Origin: Methanomicrobiales archaeon
GTDB taxonomy: Archaea > Halobacteriota > Methanomicrobia > Methanomicrobiales > Methanospirillaceae
Assembly (NCBI GenBank): GCA_037137755.1
Contig: JBAXJR010000001.1
Coordinates: forward strand, 96,001 to 160,000
Length of the DNA stretch: 64,000 nt
Reading direction: 5' to 3'
In this document: piece after piece, positions 50,745-59,957 of the stretch
Layout of the letters: every line of letters starts with the position of its first letter
Numbering within the stretch: position 1 is the stretch's first letter
Position numbers and translations under genes: made by a program
The notes under the pieces: generated by a model
Database searches by the model: none
The model's input: the letters and a program-made list of their open reading frames with translations, nothing else
What the model was told of the DNA's origin: nothing

Positions 50745-52580
50745 TTATTTAAGGTCGAGCCAGTCGGGTGGTTCATCCGATGGTTCAGTTGATCCTTCAG
50801 GTTCTGTGTCATCATCTCCAGAAAGGTTTCTCCTGCGGATGATGAAGATCACGAGTATTACTGCGACGATGATGATCACAACGACAATAAGCATCAGGAG
50901 TGTCATCATGTTGAATGGCAGGAATGGAAGTATTCCTGCAGCTTTGGTCGGGGTCGGAGTTGGTGTTGGCTGGGTTGGTACCGGTGTTGTGGGTACCGGT
51001 GTGGGTGGATTGTTTGTGAACAACCCGAAGACCGTTGTGTGCGTTATCTTCGCACTTACTGTCCTGATGGATGGGTTGACCGTCGTCTGGAGGTCTTCCC
51101 ACTGGGATGTTGCTGTATTATACCACTTAATCGAAAGGTCCTGGTTCACAAGTGAATTCCAGTCGCTCTCAGCCAGGGTAAAGCTGAGTGTCACGTACGG
51201 GTCGAATATTGCACCACTTGGTTCAACGTCATAGGCGATACCGGTGAAACTATAGGTCGCTCCTGCTGGCACGGGTGGAACCGCAGACCTGTCGATCCTG
51301 GTAATCGTAAGGTTTGAGATTTCATTGCCACCGCTCGAGGTCATCGTCGTACCCGGGCTTGCCGTTACCAGTGCTACGCCGTCACCTGAACCGATAGTGA
51401 TCGAGGTCGATGTGACGGGTGGGATAGTTACGGTCGGGGTAGGGGTGGGGGTCTTGGTTACCGCGTCCCCTCCACCGCCACCGCCACCAATGTAGCCGCC
51501 TCCGCCTCCGCCGCCACCGCCGCCGCCATTGCTGTTAAAGACGAGGATATAATTGGTTTTCGTCAGTGGGTTGGTGCCGTCGTTATTACTAACCTTTAGC
51601 GTAACGGCATAGTTACCAATTGCATAGTAAATATGCCTTGGATTTCGGTCATTCGAATACTGGTTATCACCAAAGCTCCAGTTCCAGGAGGTCGGGTCGC
51701 CGATTGACTGGTCTGAGAAGTCCACGGTGAGTGGTGGTGGCCCCTGGGTCGGGACTGCAGAGAACGCTGCAGTTGGTGGGTATGAGGACTTCAGGTCAAG
51801 GTTGGTAACGTCCCCACTATGGTACGGAATACTTGACTGCCAAGCATTCGCATAGTAACACAATGCAGGGTTGTCGTTGATTGTAAAGGTAATCGGGGTG
51901 CCATCCGTGATTGTGCCCTGGACTGAAAGGCCAGTATATGCACCTGATGCATTTACCATGACCGGATTACCTGTTACGGTTATCCCGTTTAGTACACCAG
52001 GACCATTTGCCTGGACCGTGGTTCCAATGGGTGCAGGGAGGTTATTTGCTACGGTCACCATACCATAGAAACTATGTGGCCACCCAGGCAGCCCCTGATC
52101 TCCTTGGGTTGTTGGTTGCGCAGTCGGTTGGGATGTCGTCGGCACGGTAGTAGTTTGCTGTGTTGTAGGTTGAACCGTCGTCGGTTGAGTCACAGGTGAC
52201 CCGATTGTCAACGCAAGGAACTTTGAACTACCGGCAACATAATTTTCCTGCTGGTCGGCTTTTATACCGTTAATATAGAACGTAACGACAGCAGCAGCTG
52301 ACATGTCCTGTTCTGTTGCCTGGACAATAAGTCGCGGGTCAAAATTTCCCGATCCACCATATTGTCCAACAACCGATGTAGTAATTGAGCCCCTGTTTTC
52401 TCCATTTACATTGGCCGCAATTACGCTACCAACAGGAGCAGGTATTCCTCCATTTACGGTCACGGCCCCTTGGAACTCCATAGGAAGGGGTGGTGCTGCT
52501 GAAACGGTCGCTATTCCGAACAGCGCAATAAAGAACAGACAAAAAATAATTGTTGGGGTTATTCGGAATTTCTGGTTCAT
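50745..52580 (-). CDS. Membrane-anchored surface protein: two 'FYG' domains, one PKD, poly-Gly, beta domain, TM
   Basis: Signal peptide, PPLPMEFQG and PGWPHSFYG domains, PKD (WNWSFGD), KWYN....WEDL.T.V...AKITHTTVFGL domain, TM followed by RRR and an acidic tail. Confidence 0.88.
   Translation of the reverse strand: MNQKFRITPTIIFCLFFIALFGIATVSAAPPLPMEFQGAVTVNGGIPAPVGSVIAANVNGENRGSITTSVVGQYGGSGNFDPRLIVQATEQDMSAAAVVTFYINGIKADQQENYVAGSSKFLALTIGSPVTQPTTVQPTTQQTTTVPTTSQPTAQPTTQGDQGLPGWPHSFYGMVTVANNLPAPIGTTVQANGPGVLNGITVTGNPVMVNASGAYTGLSVQGTITDGTPITFTINDNPALCYYANAWQSSIPYHSGDVTNLDLKSSYPPTAAFSAVPTQGPPPLTVDFSDQSIGDPTSWNWSFGDNQYSNDRNPRHIYYAIGNYAVTLKVSNNDGTNPLTKTNYILVFNSNGGGGGGGGGGGYIGGGGGGGDAVTKTPTPTPTVTIPPVTSTSITIGSGDGVALVTASPGTTMTSSGGNEISNLTITRIDRSAVPPVPAGATYSFTGIAYDVEPSGAIFDPYVTLSFTLAESDWNSLVNQDLSIKWYNTATSQWEDLQTTVNPSIRTVSAKITHTTVFGLFTNNPPTPVPTTPVPTQPTPTPTPTKAAGILPFLPFNMMTLLMLIVVVIIIVAVILVIFIIRRRNLSGDDDTEPEGSTEPSDEPPDWLDLK
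51467..51529 (-). repeat. GGN microsatellite encoding poly-Gly linker
   Basis: (ccg/cca/cct)n on + strand; protein GGGGGGGGGGGGYIGGGGGGG. Confidence 0.8.
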
Positions 52581-52582
52581 TG

Positions 52583-55500
52583 TTATACACCAATCGCTGC
52601 AAGGTTACCCGGAGTCCTCATGTAGAGCCAGTAACCATATGTCGGGGACAGTACGGTGAACTCGGTCGGATCTCCGTTGAAGATTGTCGGGTTATAGGTC
52701 TGGGTGAGTGAATTGAAACCCATCGAGGTAGTCCAGTTTGGCTGCACCGAAAGGAACGTATTACGTGCTGATGTTGGTGTTACACCGGTGAAACCGACAC
52801 TGCTCCAACCTGCCGGGAGACTCCTTGAAGGAGGAGTAATATATGAGCCTGGGTCAAAGTGCAGATTCACTACCGTGCTTGAGGTCGAATAAATCCATAT
52901 ACCCCATAACGGTTGGATTGGTGTAGTAGAGATTACCGGTACCCACTGTGGCGGCGTAGCTGCACCATTCCATATCCATGCTGAGCGTCCACCCATGTTC
53001 ACTTCACTAAATATTGAACCAGTATTATAGCCGGATGCTAGCACCTTTGGAGTTGAAACAAAGTTCCAGCCCGGGTTTAATACTATCTTGCTGGGATCAA
53101 CCGGTGGTGGTGTAGGTGATGACGTGACAACAATATAATTCGGCTTTTCAAGCGTAGAAGTCTGCTCCGCATTCCTGTCGGTGAGTGTTACGGTGTATGT
53201 TCCGGCATTTGTGTAGGTATGGGTCGGGTTCTGATCGATTGCGAAACCACCATCACCAAAGTTCCAGTTCCATTGTGTCGGTGAACCGGTAGTGAGGTCG
53301 GTAAAATGTACTGTTAATGGTTTGAGACCTACAGTCTGGTCTGCAACAAAATTTGCCTGGAGGGAGAGTGGACCTACGTGGATATAATGCTCCTTGGTGA
53401 TCGAGTCACTCACGGTCAACCCATTGACAACCTTGGAAGCAGTGAGTTTGACCGTATAGTCTCCTTCATTCATGTAGGTATGTTGCGGGTTCTGCACGGT
53501 AGACGGGGTTGTACTGTCGCCAAAGTCCCATAACCAGCTGGTTGGGTTACCGAGTGACTGGTCTGTGTAGGTTACCATTAATGGTGACCGGCCGGATACC
53601 GGAGACCCGATGAATTCAGCTGTTGGTGAATTTGCATCCTTTACCGTGAAATTCAGCTCAATATACTTGTCATCAATACAGGGCTGGTTTAATGAATCTT
53701 CTAATGCCCTCAATGCCGCCATTTCGCGCTTTGCATCGGCTCCCTCAATTGCAAAGTACTTGCTCCACCTGGTTGGGCATGATCCTATAACATACAACTT
53801 GTTTTGTTCACCAATGATTGTCGAGGGTGGTGGCATGTATGCAGGGTTCCCGTTGAAGTCCCCTTCAATCATGACATCAAACACGTGGTTATACATCGGG
53901 TGTTGGAGCACGACATAGTATTTACCGACCGGCAAGCTTTTCAGGTTGACATATTTGCTCAGGTCAATCCTGAATTCATCGCAACAGTCGTTTATGTAAG
54001 CGTGAACATAGTGGACATCGCCAACTTTATTATCCTGACCAAATATCCACATTCCGACAAGATGAGCTGGGTTTCCTGTTGTATTCCCTGTGATAATTAC
54101 AGATTGTTCTGAACAACAGTCTCTTACAAGCACTTCGGGGGTGATTGTTGCAGAAATTGTCGGTTCTTTTAACAATATTTTTGCCGTTGCCGATGCAACA
54201 CACGGATTCAGTGAGCAGGCATCTACCGGTTTACTTGTCGCATAAATCGTGTACTCCCCAGGTTGGATTTTCAGGTTTCCTGTGACCCACCCATTACCTC
54301 GAGTATTGTAACTCCAGGTCCGAGCTGAACTATTCATCAGCACCATGGTGAATGTAGTTGGAGTAAGTGGGACTGAAGGAGTGGTAAGATTTGCACCACA
54401 TTGTGGCTGACATGGCCCTGTAATATAGAGATACGTGATGTAACTATCTGAATTGGTCCCGGTTATCGTGATATTTTCACCGAGAATAGCGGTATCAACC
54501 ACATTAAGGGTTACCGCTCCTTTCTCTACATTTACCGAAGACTCTGCATATTTCATTTCGCCATCAAGGCCGAGGCCCTGGACATGGATCGTGTATGCTT
54601 TTGGCGTTGTCTGGGTAGATGTGCTAAATCCTACTGAAGCTGATCCGAACTGGTCAGTTACGACATCCGCATAGTACCTCGTACCATCGAATGGTGCATG
54701 GGGAACGGTATCCCGAACCGTTGCACCGATCTTACAAAGATTTGGATAAACCAGTTGATTGCCAATTATATAGGATCCTCCAATTGGATCAAATCTGACA
54801 TTTCGCTGGCCATCTAATATCATCGGTGGCTGGTCACAATCCGCACCAGTTGGTGGGTTACATGGATTATTGACAATCCACAGCGTGTAATGGGTATTAG
54901 GCCGGCCAGTAACCGTTGTGGTAAACTGGTTTGATCGTAATACTGATGCTTCGGAGGTTACCGTCAAGAACTCATTAATAATGTTTACCTTATCAGTTTG
55001 TGATACCGCCCCTCCCTGGGGATTATTAATGTTCATCTTATTCGCGAAGGATTCCGCCCATACGGTGTATGTACCAACAGGGTAACGGAACACATTCTGA
55101 CTGTCGCGTGCTGATGTTTTCCAGTACTGGTCAATCTGTGTTGTCTGGTCTGACCAGAAATAAGGAGTATTGCCAACTAACAAATTGGATAATCCTTTTG
55201 GATTTGTTGCCGGGTTAGGGGATAACGTATACAAGCTGGTATAGGTTACTCCGCTTGGATCACGAACAAAGAGGTTGATGAATCCACTGGCAGCATGACG
55301 TTCTTTGACGATGCTGTCAAGGTTTGTGTCAATACGGAAATTAATCAACGTCCCCATATAGCGGTCTGCAATTGTCTGATTAAGCGGATTAATTGGTCCT
55401 TCTGCGTCGTAGTTTTTCACTGCTAATTGTGGTGCCTTGACTACGAATGCTACCGGTCCTGCCGGGGAATTACCGCCCCACTGGTACCAGTTACCTTCCC

Positions 55501-56131
55501 ATCCATTGAAAACGAATGGGTCAATGTAAAATGCTCCCGGAGCGTTAACCGGAACGATATTTGCGGGTGCTGTTGATGAAGGATCGTCACCTGCACGGAA
55601 CCATGCAATGGAGGTTGCCCCACTAACTGCATTCCGCACATCAAGGTCCTGTTCCCCGATAAACACGGTGTTACCCTGTGAAATCGTTTTAATTTCAGGT
55701 GCAGGTGTTGGGGTAGGAGTTGGCGTAGGTGTGGGAGTTGGTGTTAGTGTCGGTGTGATTGTAATTGTTGGCGTAGGTGTAACCACATTAACGGAAAGGG
55801 CAAGCTGAGTCGATGCTCCCTCTGAGAATACACCCGTCTGAGGTGCCTCTACACTGTTCACAAAGAACGTGATTGTGGCTCCTACGGGATCGCCCTCAGC
55901 ATGGGTAACCATTAATGATGCAAGATTTCCATACTGTCCTGCCGTGTTAACCGTTGTCTGTCCTCTGATTTCGCCATTAATCTTGGCTACAATCACTGTG
56001 CCTGGCTCTGCAGGCACACCATTAATCGTCACTCCACCATAGAAGAAACAAGGGAGTGTAGTATCTTCTGCTACTACTACTCCGATTGCTAACATCAGGA
56101 TGAGTGCTGCGATAAGAGTTTTTGGTATCAT
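52583..56131 (-). CDS. Large secreted protein: 'FYG' domain, PT linker, DUF3821-like region, Cys-rich core, 2 PKD, C-terminal 'GWN' domain
   Basis: KTISQGNTVFIGEQDLDV (DUF3821-like), two WxWxFGD PKDs, LNPGWNFVSTP...GYWLYM. No C-terminal TM. ATG 56131 follows GGAGGT (ORF track start 56146). Confidence 0.88.
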   Translation of the reverse strand: MIPKTLIAALILMLAIGVVVAEDTTLPCFFYGGVTINGVPAEPGTVIVAKINGEIRGQTTVNTAGQYGNLASLMVTHAEGDPVGATITFFVNSVEAPQTGVFSEGASTQLALSVNVVTPTPTITITPTLTPTPTPTPTPTPTPAPEIKTISQGNTVFIGEQDLDVRNAVSGATSIAWFRAGDDPSSTAPANIVPVNAPGAFYIDPFVFNGWEGNWYQWGGNSPAGPVAFVVKAPQLAVKNYDAEGPINPLNQTIADRYMGTLINFRIDTNLDSIVKERHAASGFINLFVRDPSGVTYTSLYTLSPNPATNPKGLSNLLVGNTPYFWSDQTTQIDQYWKTSARDSQNVFRYPVGTYTVWAESFANKMNINNPQGGAVSQTDKVNIINEFLTVTSEASVLRSNQFTTTVTGRPNTHYTLWIVNNPCNPPTGADCDQPPMILDGQRNVRFDPIGGSYIIGNQLVYPNLCKIGATVRDTVPHAPFDGTRYYADVVTDQFGSASVGFSTSTQTTPKAYTIHVQGLGLDGEMKYAESSVNVEKGAVTLNVVDTAILGENITITGTNSDSYITYLYITGPCQPQCGANLTTPSVPLTPTTFTMVLMNSSARTWSYNTRGNGWVTGNLKIQPGEYTIYATSKPVDACSLNPCVASATAKILLKEPTISATITPEVLVRDCCSEQSVIITGNTTGNPAHLVGMWIFGQDNKVGDVHYVHAYINDCCDEFRIDLSKYVNLKSLPVGKYYVVLQHPMYNHVFDVMIEGDFNGNPAYMPPPSTIIGEQNKLYVIGSCPTRWSKYFAIEGADAKREMAALRALEDSLNQPCIDDKYIELNFTVKDANSPTAEFIGSPVSGRSPLMVTYTDQSLGNPTSWLWDFGDSTTPSTVQNPQHTYMNEGDYTVKLTASKVVNGLTVSDSITKEHYIHVGPLSLQANFVADQTVGLKPLTVHFTDLTTGSPTQWNWNFGDGGFAIDQNPTHTYTNAGTYTVTLTDRNAEQTSTLEKPNYIVVTSSPTPPPVDPSKIVLNPGWNFVSTPKVLASGYNTGSIFSEVNMGGRSAWIWNGAATPPQWVPVISTTPIQPLWGIWIYSTSSTVVNLHFDPGSYITPPSRSLPAGWSSVGFTGVTPTSARNTFLSVQPNWTTSMGFNSLTQTYNPTIFNGDPTEFTVLSPTYGYWLYMRTPGNLAAIGV

Positions 56132-56149
56132 GTTGTTTACCTCCATTCT

Positions 56150-59100
56150 TTACACCAGTCCTTCAAGTGTGTCATCTGTGTTCATCTGCAGCCAATACCC
56201 TTTTGTCGGGTAGGTGAATTTCAGGTCGGAATAGTCCGGGTTTATACTTCCCCTGATGTATGTCTCGGAAACATGCGATGATGCATTGATGCCGATTAAC
56301 GTATCCCAGTTACCATTGAGCTGACCTACCTGGGTAAGTAATTCACGGGCAGATATTGCGTTTACCCCTGTTTCTCCGATTGCATTCCAGCCACGGTATA
56401 CTTGTTTACTGGGTGGCAATGGGATGCTACTCGTATCAAATTGTAGTGTTACATCTGTCTGGTACTTCGAATAGACCCAGATACCGTCGAGTGGTTTTAC
56501 GGTACCGCTGATGAATTGTATCCACGTCTTTGTCTGTCCGTCATACAGGAGTGGCGAGTGGTGGTCCATATCGACATTCGCAAAGACTACATTAACCGTA
56601 TTCGATCCTGCTGCAAGCTTTTTAGCGGTTGAAACAAAGTTCCAACCCGGGTAGAGCTTAATGATGTTTGCTGGTGGTGTTGGTGGGGCAGCCAGGACTG
56701 TTATGAGGTTAGTCTTGGTAATAGGTGCTGACCATCCACCATCATTATATGACTTAAATGTCACGGAATAAGTCCCGGGTGTGTTGAAAGTATATACCGG
56801 ACTCTGGGTCTGGGACGTCCCACCGTCACCGAAATTCCAGTCCCATGCCAGAAGTGCCTGACCGACGGACTGGTCCGTGAAGGTTACGCTGAATGGATTA
56901 TACCCTGTGGTTGGTGAAGCACTGAATGCTGCAACGGGTGTTGTGTGGCGGACGTAGATAACTCCCGGATATATCTTGGTGTTGGGACCTTGAGAATTAC
57001 TTACAGTAACCTTTGGTGTAAAATTACCTGCTTTTGCATAGGTATGAATGGGACTCTGAAGTGTCGAAGTCTTTTCTGATGTAGGTGCATAGGGATCGTC
57101 AAAGTCCCAGAACCAGGATGTTGGAGCAGGGTTACCGCTCGACTGGTCATAGAATTGTACTACCAACGGTTCAATTCCCCCGGATGGTGGTACTACGAAG
57201 AAATTCGCGTTAACGGTTCCCGGTGTGTTTACTATGATGTAATCCGCTTCTTCCAGCGAGTAACTCTTTCCATTGGTTGTCACGATGAGGGATACATCGT
57301 ATGTACCAGACGTGCTATACTGGTGGACAGGGTTTCTCTCGGCGGAAGTCCCGTCTCCGAAGTTCCACAGATAGGTTGTGGCGTCAGGATTTGCTGTTGA
57401 CTGATCAATGAATGAAACAATCAGAGGTACCGTCCCGGACCTTGGGATTGCCGTAAATGCAACTGTCGGTTCGATCGGTCCTCCCACGATAACATTGTGA
57501 CTAACTATTGACTGCCCTCCGGCATTAGTGACTGTCAAAGTAGCAGGGTAAGTCCCCTCGTTTGTATAAGTGTACTCCGGGTTCTGTAATGTTGATACGG
57601 GTGAACTGTCACCGAAGTCCCAAGAATATGTCAGGGGGGGCGATCCTGTTGACTGGTCGATGAACTGAACGGTCAGTGGTGAAGGGCCCGAACCCGGCGT
57701 CATTGTGAATGCCGCTGTTGCTGCCGGTGTACTCCCAGATGTAATATAACTCATCTTTATAGTGGTGGTAATACCTCCAGGACTTGTGACGTTAAGTATG
57801 ACATCGTAATTACCTGCTGCCAGATACACATGAACCGGGCTTTTAGCACTTGAATGTGGCGTATTATCCCCAAAGTTCCAGTCCCAGGCTGTAACTGCAT
57901 ACTGTCCGGAATTCGGTGAAGAAAGATCGGTAAAGGTCACGGTCAGCGGAAATGCACCTGTTACCGGAGTACCTGAGAAATCAGCTACTGGTGTGGCTAT
58001 TCCGACCATGATATAACCTGTCTTCGTTGTTGTGTTACTCCAGCCTCCATTTGATGCAGTCAGAGATACGGTGTAGATACCATTACTCTGATAAATGTGT
58101 GTCGGGTTCTGTGTGGTGTCGGTAGTTCCGTCACCGAAATTCCATAGCCACTGGTTACCCGTCTGACCTGTAACATTGCCGGCAAATTTCACTGTGAGTG
58201 GAGTATTACCACTTGTTTTATCAGCGGTGAAACTTACTTTGAGGAAATTTGTAAGTGGGAAGTTATCGAGGTTACTCGGCCCGATCACAAATGCATTGTC
58301 GCAGAAACCGTTGCCTTTTGTGTCAAAATTGATCTGCGACCATCCCTGGCCATTTGGCTGTGCCCAGTAGTTGCCACCTGTATACGGCCCTCCCACGATG
58401 TTTGAACCTGGTGACTGCAGGACGTTCCAGGTGTTCGGATTATTGCTCTGTTGTCCGAACCCGGCATTAATCGAATTATTAAATATATTGTTGTAGATGA
58501 CGTTGTAGCCCGATCCATCGAGCTTGATACCCAGAACTCCGTTTGCACGGATTGTATTGTCCGTGAGTGTATTCAGGTTGGAATGATAGAGGTGGACACC
58601 CCATTGACCGTTGTCATAAATATCGTTACCTTCAAGGATGGTTTCGATCAACGGTTCGAAATTATCCGTACCATTCAGATAAACACCGGAAATTTCGTGA
58701 CCATAAATTTTGTTATTTTTGAGGGAGTTCTTATCACTTGATAGATACACCAAATCATCAGTAATGAATGTTGCGAGTTGGATCCCGTATTTATGGTTAT
58801 TCCGGATGATGTTGTCGTGCAGGATATTATTTTTGCTTCCACTGAGTAAAATACCCATTACTCCATTTCCTTCAACGAGGTTCCCTGCTGAATCTGCTCC
58901 GTTATCCTGCTGAAGCTCAATACCGATAGCGGTATTATCGAACGCGTGGTTGTTGTTGACGTGAGTCTTACCCGAATCAAGACCCACATATATTCCCCAG
59001 CCATATGGCGTGCTCCCAAAAGAGTGCCCGTTTTCTGAAACACTGTTGTTCTCTATCCAGTTCGGGATTGAGCTTTGCGTGGGTATAACCGTAATACCAG

Positions 59101-59944
59101 AGCGACGGTTTCTATGGGCGTCGTTGTCAATAATGTGGTTCCCTATACTTTCCTCTAAAAGAATACCGTTTCCAAACGCATCTGCTCCAGACGTTGAAGC
59201 ATTGATGTTGTTATTCGCGGTATTGTACTGGACTAAATTATTGTGAGAAGTTTTAATGTAGATACCTATGTCTTTATTGAAATTGGCGGAATTATGTGTA
59301 ACTGTGTTATTTAACGAACCCCCCTCGATGTAAATACCTACATTTCCGTTATTATTGGCACTATTATTGTTGATAGTATTCCAATGAGATGCACTTACCG
59401 TGATCCCCTGTTTTTTAGTATACGAGGCGTCGTTATTGAGTACACTTACCCACTGTGATGAATCAAGCACGATACCGTAATCGTTATTATTAACATTATT
59501 ATTGTCAATACGACCCCCGCTTTCAGGGAGCGAAAACGGGTTTACGACGTAATAATAGATACCATAGTTAAATTTGTCGACCTTGGTATCTATGACAGAG
59601 ACCCGCTCGAGCAATGAATCTACGTAGATACCTACCTGGTCATCACTGCTCGAATTAAACTTTACACCGGTACTTATGGTATGACCATTTCCGTCAAAGA
59701 TGACATCCGAGGCGAGAATTTTGATACAAGGCTCATAGAAACTACTTCCATTCTGCCACCGTACACCATCGTAATCGGTGATATCCTTGATAAGTTGATA
59801 TTCCCCTGGTTCCTCAATCACCATCGGCGAATCCACATATACTATTGCCATCGCTCCGACTGGCAGGAGGCAAATGATAAAAGCCAGCACGAGGAGATAT
59901 TTCAGTCCCGTGCTACCCATCAAGTTAGAAATGCGTGTTGTCAT
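56150..59944 (-). CDS. Large secreted protein: NosD/CASH parallel beta-helix, 6 PKD, C-terminal 'GWN' domain
   Basis: Asn-rich GIxL repeats, NIVGGPYTGGNYW, six PKD repeats, LYPGWNFVST...GYWLQM. No C-terminal TM. Confidence 0.9.
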   Translation of the reverse strand: MTTRISNLMGSTGLKYLLVLAFIICLLPVGAMAIVYVDSPMVIEEPGEYQLIKDITDYDGVRWQNGSSFYEPCIKILASDVIFDGNGHTISTGVKFNSSSDDQVGIYVDSLLERVSVIDTKVDKFNYGIYYYVVNPFSLPESGGRIDNNNVNNNDYGIVLDSSQWVSVLNNDASYTKKQGITVSASHWNTINNNSANNNGNVGIYIEGGSLNNTVTHNSANFNKDIGIYIKTSHNNLVQYNTANNNINASTSGADAFGNGILLEESIGNHIIDNDAHRNRRSGITVIPTQSSIPNWIENNSVSENGHSFGSTPYGWGIYVGLDSGKTHVNNNHAFDNTAIGIELQQDNGADSAGNLVEGNGVMGILLSGSKNNILHDNIIRNNHKYGIQLATFITDDLVYLSSDKNSLKNNKIYGHEISGVYLNGTDNFEPLIETILEGNDIYDNGQWGVHLYHSNLNTLTDNTIRANGVLGIKLDGSGYNVIYNNIFNNSINAGFGQQSNNPNTWNVLQSPGSNIVGGPYTGGNYWAQPNGQGWSQINFDTKGNGFCDNAFVIGPSNLDNFPLTNFLKVSFTADKTSGNTPLTVKFAGNVTGQTGNQWLWNFGDGTTDTTQNPTHIYQSNGIYTVSLTASNGGWSNTTTKTGYIMVGIATPVADFSGTPVTGAFPLTVTFTDLSSPNSGQYAVTAWDWNFGDNTPHSSAKSPVHVYLAAGNYDVILNVTSPGGITTTIKMSYITSGSTPAATAAFTMTPGSGPSPLTVQFIDQSTGSPPLTYSWDFGDSSPVSTLQNPEYTYTNEGTYPATLTVTNAGGQSIVSHNVIVGGPIEPTVAFTAIPRSGTVPLIVSFIDQSTANPDATTYLWNFGDGTSAERNPVHQYSTSGTYDVSLIVTTNGKSYSLEEADYIIVNTPGTVNANFFVVPPSGGIEPLVVQFYDQSSGNPAPTSWFWDFDDPYAPTSEKTSTLQSPIHTYAKAGNFTPKVTVSNSQGPNTKIYPGVIYVRHTTPVAAFSASPTTGYNPFSVTFTDQSVGQALLAWDWNFGDGGTSQTQSPVYTFNTPGTYSVTFKSYNDGGWSAPITKTNLITVLAAPPTPPANIIKLYPGWNFVSTAKKLAAGSNTVNVVFANVDMDHHSPLLYDGQTKTWIQFISGTVKPLDGIWVYSKYQTDVTLQFDTSSIPLPPSKQVYRGWNAIGETGVNAISARELLTQVGQLNGNWDTLIGINASSHVSETYIRGSINPDYSDLKFTYPTKGYWLQMNTDDTLEGLV

Positions 59945-59957
59945 TTTTCAACCCCTC

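Noticed and set aside
55697-55783. Tandem repeats considered as CRISPR or VNTR
   Set aside because: In-frame Pro-Thr linker codons, with no constant repeat-unique spacer structure and no cas genes in the window.
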